Origin: Ginglymostoma cirratum
Lineage: Eukaryota
Direction of reading: 5' to 3'
Assembly (NCBI GenBank): GCA_024137785.1
Contig: JAHRHZ010000271.1
Location: 21,431,130 to 21,495,129 of the forward strand
DNA length: 64,000 nt
Shown piece after piece: positions 25,335-37,687 of the stretch. The position numbers were made by a program, and so were the translations under genes. Below the pieces are notes generated by a model. It saw nothing but the letters and a program-made list of their open reading frames with translations, was not told where the DNA came from and did no database searches. How positions within the stretch are numbered: position 1 is the stretch's first letter; every line of letters starts with the position of its first letter.

Positions 25335-26280
25335 CTGAAAAACAAGACCAGTGTCAGATGTATTGATATTTCCCACGCCCAGTCTGGAATCAGTTCCCTG
25401 CAAATGGTTGTCTCCTGACAGGACAAATCAAACAGATACTGCTGCCAAGGACAACACCATTCACATACTGGCCAGTTTTCACAACACTGACACTTTCCAA
25501 AAAGATTTGGGAATATTTTGATATTCTCTTGAGCCCAACTGATGTTCTCAGACGAGCCTTTACCATTTGAGTTCTGTTTTTGACACGGACTTAAAATAAA
25601 ATAAAATGCAGTAATTTAACTATATATGCCCCAGAAGCTTTAAAATTCTGGCAAGGTATATGTGGTATGATTCTTTATACTTACTTCAATTTTTGTTGTA
25701 TGCACTAGGTGCAGAACATTTTAAATTATAGAGTGACCTGAAGCATAATACAGTGTCCATTATTCTAAATGCAGAGTTATCTAATTGTTGTAAGTAGTTT
25801 TTGCTCAGCATTCTTGCAAACTATCTCTATACAAAAAGTTCATGTTAATCAAAGTATACATGTTGTACATGCAGGGGAGTGTACCAAAGAGTCCTTTCTC
25901 TGTCCTTGTATAAACATAGAATTACTATATTGTATCAAAGTATGATACATACCATATGTCTGTGATAATTTTCCAACATGGCTTTATAATATTTATACTT
26001 TAAGTTTCAAGATTGTAAATATTTATATTACTCCAAATTCTAATATGTTTTGTATACAAAAGTGTATTTAGACACAAGTAAGATATCTTATTTAGGATAT
26101 GCAACACATTGAACCTAATAAATTAACAATATCCAAAATACATTGAATTGTAATGTTACACTTAGTAACATTAGGTGTCAAGAGTAAAACAGTTTTTCTC
26201 TTTTGCCACTCCTTGTTTGACCATAACAGTTTTTTTTGTCAAAAATACGTTTACCGACTCAATCAGTGTTTAACATAACA

Positions 26281-26343
26281 GAGTGTGTGTGTGTGTGAGA
26301 GAGAGAATGTGTGTGTGACTGTGTATGCGAGAGAGTGAGTGTG
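26281..26343 (+). repeat. Compound (GT)n/(GA)n microsatellite
   Basis: gagtgtgtgtgtgtgtgagagagagaatgtgtgtgtg... Confidence 0.9.
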
Positions 26344-27188
26344 TTGATGTGGTTCTAATGTAAAAAAAAATCACACAAAGACTTGGAGTTTTTAGCAAAG
26401 AGAATAGAATTTATTGTAGTTAATCTGTTCTAAGTAAAATAATTGTGACTTTACGCACAGGCCTAAATAAATTATAGAATAAGAAGATAGCTTAAACAAT
26501 TTAAAGTGAAGAAAGAAAATTTAAAGGACTACATAAATCTTGAGATTTGCTGATTTGGCTGGCTTCTTGCTGATCAGTAAATCCTCTAGGCTTGGCGTCA
26601 AGATGGTGCTGATGCTGAGAGTTGACTTATCTTTTCTTCTGCAGAAAGCAGCTACCAGGTTGATTCTTTACTCTGTGCCTTTGGTTCATAGACAATCAAA
26701 TACAAAGCTGAAAATTTGCAAATTGTATAGAAAAAGAAAGAAAGGAGAACCTGTGCAGTGTCTTGCATCTTTAGCATCCCATTTGCTTATGCCATGATTT
26801 GCAGATAAAAGGTGTGCTAAAAGAAAGGAGGAATTAGTTAGTTTGCCATAAGGTCCTTTCTCTATTTCAATTCAATGATCCAAATATGGTCATGACTAGT
26901 GGACTCTAGTTTCCTGTCTTAAATGGGTAGCTAACATCTGAGTTTATTCTTTTCATAGCCAGAGTTCCATTGCCCAAGTCTTGGATTTAATGATTTGTCC
27001 CTCCCACTTGAGTATCCAGCTAACTGTTGAAATGCTTCACTAAGGGGATATAAGATTGTCCCATTCACATTTCAAGATAATTGCTCTTGGTGGGCCTTTG
27101 CAAATTGGCTGTCTCTATTTCAACAGGCTAAAATATAAAAAGCACAGTGATACAAACATTCAGCCATTTTTGAGACTGTGATTTCAAC
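26342..27188 (-). mobile_element. Possible solo LTR
   Basis: Ends tgttga...tcaac form short inverted termini. Minus-strand AATAAA near 26410. Confidence 0.3.
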
Positions 27189-27419
27189 TCAGTGAAAGAA
27201 GCTCAATCCATGGTGTCCAGACAGTAAATTCATTAAATCGTTTCTTATAAAGCTTCACACTAGAATAAAACAACTGAATATATGTGCTCTTAAGTAATTT
27301 TTAATCCAAATTGAATACAATAAGTTAAAAATGAATCATGTACAAAATTATTTTGGAAGAATGAAGGAATCAATGGGCACAGAATAAAATGAGTATAGGG
27401 CAGAAAAATGCTAATTCGG

Positions 27420-27560
27420 GTGGCAAGCCTGGTTCAGTGGTAGAGCTCTTACACTTGAGGCAGAAAGTTGAGGATTTATTCTTCACCCAGAACACTTCAA
27501 CATGTAATTGCGGTTGACATTTCAGTGTAGTACTGAGGGTAGGCAGTAATGCCAAAGATG
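27420..27560 (+). mobile_element. DeuSINE tRNA-like head fragment
   Basis: 'cctggttcagtggtagagctcttacacttgaggcagaaagttg...cagtgtagtactgagggt'. Confidence 0.55.
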
Positions 27561-27562
27561 CT

Positions 27563-27745
27563 TCATAGAATCCTTAAAGTATGGGAGCAAGCAATTTGGC
27601 CCATCAAATCCACACTGACCCACCGAAGAGCATCCCACTCACCTACACTAATATCCTATGGCTAATCCACTTCATCTATACATCCTTGGACACTATGGGC
27701 AATTCAATATGGCCAGTCTACCTAACCTGCACATCTCTGGACATG
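27563..27745 (-). mobile_element. HE1 SINE 3' half
   Basis: 'catagaatcc...ggacactatgggcaattcaatatggccagtctacctaacctgcacatct' matches 14196-14400. Confidence 0.8.
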
Positions 27746-28679
27746 GAGGAGACATGATCATAACAATAGTCGTAAGGTAGAGAAGGTACTGTAAAGGCAA
27801 GAAAAAATATCAGCGTTTAATAAAATGTTGGAATTTTGTTGCCTCATGTTACATTGCATGGCACTTTTTTTTGTATACCAGTTATACATCAAGCAAGACA
27901 AAAGCGATTTGTTCACCATTACAGAACGGAATCAAACCATAATAGATAGATTGTATGTGGCAAGTATTGCTGATATTCAGCAAGTATTCTTTGGCTTAGT
28001 TCTTTCAAATACCAGAAATTCACTTATTATCTGTACTTTACTTTTTTTTTGCTATAAGCATCTACTTGTTCTTTGCTCCAGGTATGAAAAAAAAAAGCTC
28101 AATTCAGGCAGAAGCTCTAACTAAACAAGTTAAATATTACAGTTTACAAAATTATTTTTACTGGAAAGAATTGAATGAACTAATTAAGTAATTTGAATGA
28201 AGAGAAATAAAACATACTGTAACATTTGAAATGTGCACACTATTATTGAAATTTGCCACCCAAGTGGTCGGTGCATTGCTAATATTGAGAACTGCAATTT
28301 ACATAGTGGCTTCAAAAGCATGATATGATTAGTAAAACTGGTTGTATATTGAAATGCAGTGGTCCACAATATCTGTAACAAAACATCTCAAGGATAATCA
28401 TTATTACCTATTTTTTCATTTAAAACCCTGCTATTCCATGATGATGTTACTATTTTCATTCACACATTAAGAAGTTGTATCCAGCACTGGTAATCTCTGT
28501 TGGATTATCACTCTATAAAGTCTTGCAGATTCTGCAACAAGGCTTTTTTGCTTCACTGAATGCATTTTTTACATATAAATGAAATAATTTTTCAAAAGTC
28601 AACATCTCTGAAAGACTGCAAAATTGACGATACCTTTTGATTACCAGGTAGACACTTTGGTACAAAAATGAGTTTGACT

Positions 28680-29035
28680 CTGTTGCACTCTTGTCTAAAT
28701 CAGAAAATTACAGTTTCAAGGCTCACAAAGTCTCGAACACACAGTCTGGAGGGTTCCAGTGCAGCACGGAGGGAGGGGTGCAAATTGTCGATGAATCTGC
28801 TTTTCGAATGTTGGTTTGAGCTAAGGCTCTAACTGCTCTCAGATGATCTTTATGGCACCAGCTTAAAAAAAATGCCAACCAACAACACTCAACATAAAGC
28901 TATCTGATCATTACTACATTGCTATTTGGAGGACTTCGCTGTTTCAGATGGCCATTGTGTTTCCTCACATTGCAACCATCCTTCAAAAGTAATTGTCTGT
29001 AAGATATTGTAAGATCCTGAAATGCAATATATACA
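28680..29035 (+). mobile_element. DeuSINE (SacSINE1-like), degenerate
   Basis: Head 'gcactcttgtctaaatcagaaaattacagtttcaag...cagtgcagcacggaggga' and tail 'atctgatcattactacattgctatttggaggacttcgctgt...cctgaaatgcaatatata'. Confidence 0.6.
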
Positions 29036-30269
29036 TTCTTGATATTGTAGTGAAAATGTAATATTTCTTTTTGTATTTTTTTAAGCTTGAATCATTCCAG
29101 TATTTACTTAGTCTTGACTGATCTCACTGCTGTACTGAGTATACAAGAACAGCTCCTGTAAACCAAATTAGGCATAATGTAGAACACATTCATTCTCCCT
29201 TCATTTACAATATTGTAAATACCTGAATAACTTAGGCTTTGTGCAAATGATATTGAACATCAGTGGATTGACAAATAAACACATGTCCTTGTTCTTCCTG
29301 CATTACTAGGGAAGATTATTTCTTTAATGTTCTATGCACTGTTCCCATTTCATCAGCCTGATGTTACTGAGTCTTGCTTCTTTCTTTCAACAGACAGATA
29401 TTCAAAGTAATCAACATAATTTCTAAGGTTCACAGTGTACTTATGCATCAGCCACTGTTTCATCTTCTTTAATCAGTGAGTTTTGTAAATCTGTCAAATC
29501 CTGTCACAGGAAATAATAACTTAGTTTTTGTGAGGATTATTGCTGTGAATGTATTACATGGCAATGTTAGTTTGAGCACATATTTCACATAGTCAATGAA
29601 TTACTGAGGAGAAGTTGATCCTTAATTAGTTTAGTTCTTGCAAAGAAGCTGTAATTTAACACTTAACCTTTACTCTTTTGTTGTCATTTAGGTATTTGGC
29701 AATTGGTACTGAAGCCTCAATCCATGAGGAAACTAAAAAGATGTAATCTAACAATTATTTTAATGTACAGTAATGTCAACAATAAGTTGAATCCTTTTCA
29801 CCTGCTGATACCTTAGATGTCTGTCAGCTAAAGCACATTAATTATCTCAGACTGCATATCGGAAGTGCAATTGCTGAAGCAAATTGATTACACACCAGAG
29901 AGTCCTATTTATTTCTCAAACAGAATGTCTGCTGACATCCCAATAAAACTCAGTACGCACATGAAAAATGTTCCTGCACAGTACCCATGCCAGTAATCAG
30001 TGACATCATCCATCTCGTTAGTTGTTTTATATTGTGCTTATTTGGGCATTGCCATGTCTTTTACTGGCAGGCCATGTAACATAGCGTGTATTTCCAAAGT
30101 GAACCCTTCAGCGGGGTCAGGAGACATAGCCTTTCTTAAAAGTGTACTGTTTTTATAAAAATATGTTTGTGATTGTTTTCCTTAATTCCTTTGCAAGCAT
30201 ATTGAAAAATGATGGAAGGAACATCAATTCATTTCTGTCTCATTGCATCACTTTCATTGTCAGAGGAGG

Positions 30270-32130
30270 GTAGGATTTGCACCAAGGCTAGGGAGGCAGA
30301 TTACATCTGGGCTGAGCAAAGGGGAGACAGGTTAATAAGGAGGTTGCCAGGTTCAGAGCAGAAGAAGAGGGTCAGGCTCGGAGGATGGAGTGGGTCTGAA
30401 ACTGGGAAGGGGTTTTTTCAGGTCCGGATTGGGAACGGGCATTTGGCAGCCTGTTAATAGCACAACTCGTCTCACTAATATCCAGCCTCCCATCTTAGCA
30501 AACTTGCCAGAACAGTTTGATGCCAGGAAAACTCGACAAAGAAAGTTGAGCGGGTACCTAAATGATTCAGCTTGTGGCTTGCATGATACGATTTCTGGGA
30601 AACCAGGTACCAATTTCTCAGGGCACCAGCCACATCCATATCAAGTCCACAAACATTGGCATCCGACATATGCCAGCCTTTAAGGACAATCACTAATGTC
30701 TCTGATTCACCTAGAGGACACTTCTGCACTTTAGTATTCCACCTCAGGCTGCACTGACAACCACCATTGTAAAATTGCAGCAAGGACACCATGCACTCAG
30801 GGACACATGCTCAGCTCATGGGCTGTTCATTCTCTGTCATTGTGCTCACTCTCTCTAAGCTTACAACATCTCCTCCTTGTCTTTCCTTATTGCACTTTGT
30901 CCCCTCAGCAGAGATACCAGGCTCATCCTACTGCTGTTTTGCTTTGCAGTTTAGAGCAACACCTAAACCTGGCACAAAGCCAGGAAGCTTGTCATAGCAG
31001 GCCTCAGCCAAGTCAAGGGGAATAGTCTTGACTCAGGGAATCCCAACATGGTAAGTCAAAAGCAGCTTCTGATAGCAGACCAGGCTCTGCTTGGGGCGAT
31101 CAGAGTCTGGATCCTCTCCTCATAAGGGATAAGGAGCTGGATGATGGGCAGCTCAACATACACCCTGAATCTTGCTGCATTACTGAGGGCTGTTTTCCTT
31201 GTGGAATGAGAATGAGGGCAGGCATTATGGAAGAAAAAAATGAGTGACACAGCTATTACTGTCGGTGCAGGTGGGGTGGTGACATGAGTGAGTGAGTAGG
31301 CAGCATAGAAGAGATGTAAGGTTAGTGGGATTGGGGTCTTCAATCAGTGTGGAAGATGTTGGAGACAATAGTGAGAGTGGTAAGTATGAGACTTGGTGGG
31401 ACTTGAGTTTAGTAGCAGTGGATACAGTGTGTCTGAGAGATTGGAGTGATGATGGTGGCACATACGTTGATAGAGTAAAGAAGGACATTGAGCTTTTCTT
31501 ACAGTGCTGAGCATTCCTCCACATGACTGAAACTGCTTTAATCTGGGTGCAAACCTCAGACCAGGTTGATATGGTCTGGTCCTGAGTTTTCCACTGGCAG
31601 TCCTGGGGGAAGTGGAGGATTTGCCTGTGCACCACCCTGTCCAGCAGAAACTCCAGGACGCTGCCTACAAAACTATGCACCAGACGTCCTGTCTGCTATA
31701 GCAGGGACAAGTTCAGCAATCGTGTAGACTTCTCCAGACTTAAAACTTTACTGATGCATGATGGCCTTTCAAGGTAGCGTGGTTGCAAAGGATGGTAGTG
31801 AATTCAGGGATTTCCATGCAGTGGTGAGCTGTTCTGGGAATGGCACATAATAAAATGGTTCAGAAATCAAACATGAGAGGCACCATAGGAAAGGGGTAGG
31901 TAATGAATGGGATATATTTAGTAAGGCATGGCAAGAAAACTCATTCGGCCTTACAGTGAGAAACCCTCCAAAAATCTTGACGCAACTTGGACATAGCCAA
32001 AAAAAAATGTAACCTTCAGCTCTGTGTACGTGATAGTCTGACTTTCCCAAAGTAATTATTTACCTAATTCCAATGGAACCCTCCAAATTCTCCAATTTAA
32101 ACTGAGGCTTTTGGAGGGTTTCAAGGATAG
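30270..32130 (-). mobile_element. Harbinger/PIF-type transposon relic with Myb/SANT-like gene
   Basis: ORF 31225-31680 'FVGSVLEFLLDRVVHRQILHFPQD...TWSEVCTQIKAVSVMWRNAQHCKK' resembles a Myb/SANT trihelix domain (NAIF1/MSANTD-like). A second segment 'RKTALSNAARFR...LPIIQLLIPYEER' lies at about 31060-31200. Confidence 0.7.
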
Positions 32131-32410
32131 AGAAATTGCCTAGCAGAATCTTCGAATTCCCAAGCAATTACTTCAGAACCTGTTATAATTTTTTTTTTTG
32201 CAGGGGCCCCATGCAAAGCTCCTATCCATTCTGGAAAAAAGAATACCTGGCCATTGGAAAATCCAAACCATTTTTGTTAACCAACACCAAGCTTTTTATC
32301 TTCGGTCAAAGATACAAATAATGATGCATATGTTCAATTAAAACAAGTGCATTTATTTTCAAATAAAGTTCATCAAATAGTCAGCCTAAATCTGGATCAG
32401 AATACGTCAC

Positions 32411-32444
32411 TTGTGGCTCATTTCCTTTTGTGAAGTAAAACAGC
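32411..32444 (-). other. Candidate 34-nt exon (unverified)
   Basis: Strong acceptor ttgttttgctttacAG and weaker donor GTgacg. Reads (R)LFYFTKGNEPQ. Confidence 0.25.
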
Positions 32445-32659
32445 CTGTAAAGCAAAACAATGCAAAGTATGATTAAAATACAAAGTTCTTACTCCTTTCT
32501 AATGATATCCTGCTGGGAATAGCTAGATCAAGAAAAACAGGTCAATGTCACTCCTTCCAAATCCTACACAACTACATTATTATACTTCACCGTCGTATTT
32601 GAATTCGGTCTTTCTTACTCGTGCCTTCATCTGACCCTAACTTGACAAAGTGTTCTAAC

Positions 32660-33720
32660 CTGTACTGAAAACAACAGGTGCTGGAGATCACAGAGGGTCA
32701 GGCTGCATCCATGGAGAGACAGCAAGCTAACGTTTCGAGTCGAGATGACTCTTCATCAGGGCTGAAGTGAAGTGTGGAGGGGGCAGCATTTATGCTATAG
32801 TTGGGAGGTGTGTGGTTGGATTGTAGATTGCTGGGGGAGAAGGGATGTTGATCGTTCAGGTTAAGTGATTGGAATGTGAGAATGCCAGAACAATGGTGTG
32901 TCTAATTGCCAGACTTAGAACATACAGTCCAACTGGGGTGCAGGCAGGGGAGAGAGGACATGGTGGTAGAGAGTGTAACAAGCTAAAAGAAAAGGAAGGA
33001 ATGGAAGTTGGTTCACAATTTGAAGGTGTTGAACACGATATTAAGTCCAGAAGGTTGTAAGTGCCCAGTTTGAAGATGAGATGTTGTTCCTCCAGTTTGC
33101 CCTGTGATTCACTGGAACACTGCAGTATGCCGAGGACAGACACTTGGGTATGCGAGCAGGATGCTGTGTTAAAATGACAAACTACGGGAAGTTCGGGGTC
33201 CTGCTTGCGTGCGGACTGGAGGTGTTGTACAAAGTGGTCACCAGTCCGTGTTTGGTTTCTCCAATGTAGAGTAGGCCACATTGGGTGCAGTGAATGCAAA
33301 ACACAAGATTGCAGTAGGTACAGATGAAATGCTGCTTCACCTGGAAAGACTGTTTAGGCCCTTGGCTGGAGAGAAGGGAGGAGGTGAAGGGTCAGATGTT
33401 GCAACTTCTGCGGTTAAATGGGAGGGTGCCGTGGGAAAGTGGAATGGTGTTATTGGTCGATGAATGGAGTAGAGTGTCCTGAAGGGATCTCTCCCAGCAC
33501 TCTACATTCCAACACCTCTCCATCCACCTGCACAACTACAGCATAAATGCTGCCTTCTCCACACTTCAGTTCAGCTGTAATGAAAAGTTATCTATACTCA
33601 AAACATTAGCTTGCTCTCTCTCAGTAGATGCTGCCTGACCCACTGTGATCTCCAGCATTTGTTTTCTTCAGTACAGATTCTGGCAACTACAGTAATTTGC
33701 TCCTATCTTCTTAACTGTGG
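32660..33720 (-). mobile_element. 5'-truncated Penelope-like element with GIY-YIG endonuclease remnant and inverted pLTRs
   Basis: 33050-33310 translates to the frameshifted pattern C..C.LLYIGET...GDHF..HL....KQDPELPVVCHFN...KLEEQHLIFKLGT. 32660-32850 and 33490-33705 are inverted copies of each other. Confidence 0.9.
32724..32764 (-). ncRNA. Minimal type I hammerhead ribozyme motif in the Penelope pLTR
   Basis: CAGCC-CTGATGA-A-GAGTC-ATCTC-GACTC-GAAAC-GTT-AGCTT: intact core, perfect 5-bp stem II, palindromic ACGT stem III. Confidence 0.75.
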
Positions 33721-34779
33721 TCATTATTGGAATAACATACACTTATTGTGATTTACTTTTTCAAGAACTTAAAAGCTGGTATATAAAGCTGTCCACAACT
33801 CTATTAGAGATCATAATTCAGAATTAGGACTCAAATCTAACAATACACACCAAAGATTTAATAATATTTTGTCTATCAGATACTTTGCTGCTTTCAATAA
33901 ATTCCCATAGCTATAGATGTTCAATTTTATTAGGTATTTATTCATTCTTTTCCAGCTAGTTGATGTAAAAATGTTATATAGATTTTGACTGTCAGAGATT
34001 TGCAGAAACAAACAGCATGAAGACTGTCACTTCGAAGAAACAGTGGCATTTGTTTGTTATTGACAAAAAATTTAAAAGATACTCTTAAAAGAATTAATTG
34101 AACTTTGTCTGCATGCTCAGCAATGCACATTTATATCAGACAATGTTAGATCAGCATATGTAAACTTTGGCTTATAGCTTTCATGTTTAAACTAAAAATA
34201 TAACAAAAGTATTGATGGAAGACTATTTTCTAACAACCACTTCTTAATAGCTCAAAGTGAAATGCTTTGCTACTTCTCTAAGACAGATAAAATTCCTCAT
34301 TCACATTGCAAATATCTACTCCTCTTAAATAACATTAGCCAATGTGAAAAGGTGTCATGCGATAAAAAGTTCATTTTGAATCATCAAAGCAATCTGTCTT
34401 CAGTTTAAACAGTTTAAGAACTGAAAACAGAAGTTGCACAGTTTTTTTTCAGTCATATACAAAGAATACAAGTAGATATAAGATATTCTTGGTTCCACAG
34501 TATTGGTTATAATTGGCATGTGACACACTTTATTTCTCTCTTTTAACCGACCCATTTTGTAAAATAAGAATCAATATAATAATAATCTAACCAGATATAC
34601 AAACACGTCACCTACATTAAGTCTAGTCCTACAAACTGAACAGTATCAGTTTTGTAAAATTGCCCCAGGAAAGTAGGGACAATTAAATGACTGACTAATG
34701 ACAGATTGATGACAGATTAATACAAAATCAAACAATCATTTCCACCATTACCAATGCACAAAAAGAGCAGAATGCATGA

Positions 34780-34920
34780 TCTCCAAAATGCACAGCACCA
34801 ACTGTACATGCTTCCTTTGACTGCATCTTCAAAGGCCTATGAACTTTATTACCTAAAAAGTACAAGGATGGCAGGCAGTTGGGAATATGAAAATTTGCAC
34901 GTTCTCCTTCAAGTCACACA
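34780..34920 (+). mobile_element. RTE-X/CR1-like LINE 3' fragment
   Basis: 'aaaatgcacagcaccaact...gtacaaggatggcaggcagttgggaa...ctccttcaagtcacac' is homologous to the reverse complement of 3530-3650. Confidence 0.5.
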
Positions 34921-35164
34921 TTAGGGGTTTCATCACACATCAGTCTGGTTTGTCATTTCAGGATGGCCTTCCTCCCAGTATGTAGACTGTGAAGGGCTAT
35001 TCTTTGCATTTGATGTGGGGCAAAACTGGACTTTAAACATGGCAATGATGGAGCGAATCCTGGGCTGTCCTGGCATTAGTATGTACTTCTACTGATAATG
35101 TGCACATGATAGTGTGAGGGCCTCACTGTGCATACTTAATGAAGAAAAATGTGGCAAATCCTAT

Positions 35165-35201
35165 GATAACAAGGTGTAGAGCTGGATGAACACAGCAGGC
35201 C
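35165..35201 (-). mobile_element. Start of another copy of the 19457-19593 family, cut by the gap
   Basis: 'gataacaaggtgtagagctggatgaacacagcaggcc' matches 19493-19529. Confidence 0.8.
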
Positions 35202-35601
35202 NNNNNNNNNNNNNNNNNNNNNNNNNNNNNNNNNNNNNNNNNNNNNNNNNNNNNNNNNNNNNNNNNNNNNNNNNNNNNNNNNNNNNNNNNNNNNNNNNNN
35301 NNNNNNNNNNNNNNNNNNNNNNNNNNNNNNNNNNNNNNNNNNNNNNNNNNNNNNNNNNNNNNNNNNNNNNNNNNNNNNNNNNNNNNNNNNNNNNNNNNNN
35401 NNNNNNNNNNNNNNNNNNNNNNNNNNNNNNNNNNNNNNNNNNNNNNNNNNNNNNNNNNNNNNNNNNNNNNNNNNNNNNNNNNNNNNNNNNNNNNNNNNNN
35501 NNNNNNNNNNNNNNNNNNNNNNNNNNNNNNNNNNNNNNNNNNNNNNNNNNNNNNNNNNNNNNNNNNNNNNNNNNNNNNNNNNNNNNNNNNNNNNNNNNNN
35601 N
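35202..35601. other. Assembly gap (400 N)
   Basis: Run of N. Confidence 1.
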
Positions 35602-36449
35602 GGTAAATATAATGAATGTGTTGCAGATCAGTCACCTCAAAGATTTCACTTGGTTTTTAGGCAGAATTTGTTAAATGTTCAATTTTCCTTAGATTAAAGA
35701 TGATCAAAATTATAGAGAAACTAGACTTCACCAAACATGCAATTCATGCACTGCCATTGGTGAGATTTAGATTGCAAGCCAAGAATTCAAATAGTAACAA
35801 AGAACTTGGCTCATTTCATGCAACTGAGGATGAATTGTCTGTTCTGATTTTTAAAAATATACACATTTTTATTATTATATCAGTCATTAAAGTGAGGCAT
35901 TGATGTGAATGTCATTGTGGCTCTCCAATTATAATTAATTTTGGTTTCTTAAACTAAATTCCTAACAAGATAGCATTCTTCTGCAAATCTGACCAAAAAC
36001 AGATACTAATTATTATTAAATCTACAACTTCAACAGCGTTGTTCTTCTATGAATCAATGACATTCGCATAGGTTAATAACATATCAGTGATTCTGACATT
36101 GCCAAAGAGAATAGCCCTACTGGAACAAAGCTCACAATAAAGCTGGAGGAACCAGAGAATGAATTCTAAAGCCCTGAATATTATAATATTAGTATACAAT
36201 TCATTATTTCAAGAATGTTTATATTGTTACTGAATTTTAACTTTCAATTAAATGGTTCAAAAAAGCAGCATTGTTGTAAAGACATCTTTATTGAGAGGTG
36301 TTTACCAAGTCTCTTTTGTTTATTTGCCAAATACTGCACAGCGATGACACAATTTGCATTAAAGTGCTTCTACACATCGTAAAAACAATCACCAAGTCAC
36401 TTAACTGAGACACCATTGCCATAAGAGTGCCACATGACTGCTCTCAGGG

Positions 36450-36480
36450 CTCTCTCTCTCTCTCTCTTTCTCTCTCCCTT
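36450..36480 (+). repeat. (CT)n microsatellite
   Basis: ctctctctctctctctctttctctctccc. Confidence 0.9.
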
Positions 36481-36589
36481 TCCTCCGACTCCACCACAAC
36501 CCCCTCCCCAAGCCCATCTCTGCAAACTTCCATGGAGCAAAATGTGGAAGCACTTTTATTCCCACAAGGATAGGTGATATTTAAAGCAT

Positions 36590-36770
36590 TCTCTTCCAAG
36601 AGGATGCAAACGTTGGGATGAAGCTGAGATTGCTTGATTTTATTACATAAGGGTATCAAAGGACATGGATCTAAGGCATGAAGTTCAAACACAGATCAGA
36701 TGTAATTTGATGGAATGACACAGCAGCCATAAAGGATTGAATGGCTTACTCCTCTTCATATATTCCTTAG
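36590..36770 (+). mobile_element. CR1 3' tail fragment
   Basis: 'aagggtatcaaaggacatgga...cagatcag...aaaggattgaatggcttactcctcttc'. Confidence 0.6.
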
Positions 36771-36964
36771 ACATATGTTAGAAACAATTATTTAATATTA
36801 ATTAACAAACAGTTACTTAACTGATTAGTTAGACTTATTATCTACTTATTAGCAATGCTAAGTACGATCGAGTTAAATAATCTGAAAGGAATATATAATA
36901 AAAGCTGTTTGAAGAAATCATAATATAAGTATATGAATTTCTATAATCATATTATTTATAAAAT

Positions 36965-37350
36965 GTGGTTTAGCTCAGTTGGGGTTGGACAGCTGGTTGG
37001 TGATGCAGAATGCTACCAGCAGTGTGGTTTCAAGTCCTGCACAGGCTGAGGTTACCATGAAGGATTTATCTTCTCCTCAGGTTAAGCCACTACCATTCAC
37101 CTCTGGAAGGACACAGCAAGCCAGGCTGCAGCTGGGGGAAAGTCCTTCAGGACTGAAGAAAGGTAATACCTGAAAGGTTGACTGTTCCTTTCCTCCAGAT
37201 GCTGCCTGGCTTGCTGTGTTCTTCCAGCCTTCTGTTTGCCCACCTTGGATTCCAGCATCTGCAGTTTCTTTGTCTCTAACCATTTATCTCTCTCTCTCTT
37301 ATAAGCGAGCAGCCCTTTGGTCTAATAAGTCACTATGGTGAATTCCTTTA
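36965..37350 (+). mobile_element. tRNA-derived SINE interrupted by a Penelope-derived element
   Basis: Head 'gtggtttagctcagttgg...ggtttcaagtcc'. The body resumes after 37280 with 'tctctctc...gagcagccctttggtc...ctatggtga'. Confidence 0.6.
37098..37280 (+). mobile_element. Partly palindromic Penelope-derived element with hammerhead-like core
   Basis: CTGAAGA-A-AGGT-AAT-ACCT-GAAAG-GTT near 37153-37180. Left arm 'ctggaaggacacagcaagccaggctgcagctgg' is inverted relative to the right arm. accatt occurs on both flanks. Confidence 0.75.
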
Positions 37351-37687
37351 TCTTTATTTTGCAACTAGGAGAGAAAGGCTTACCTTTGTTCAATAGTGGG
37401 AGCTGAGTGAAGATGACAGCCAAATGCTGACAATAGTTGAGCCTGTTGACCAAATCATGATGACTAAAACAAAAGGAGTCAGAACATATAGCTTTAATGC
37501 CATAGATGAAAGGCAGTTTATGTGGAGTTCTGCACATCCTAAGCTACAAAATTAATTGATTGGAAAAGACAACATCACAATAAGACAAGTTGTAGACAAC
37601 GCCAGAACACCGGAAACCAAAAGTAGACAGATGAAGGCTCTGACTATCTAAATGGCTAGCTTTCAGTCAAGAGAAATGCAGGAGGAC

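Noticed and set aside
35123-35674. Two long ORFs
   Set aside because: Artefacts of translating the N gap.
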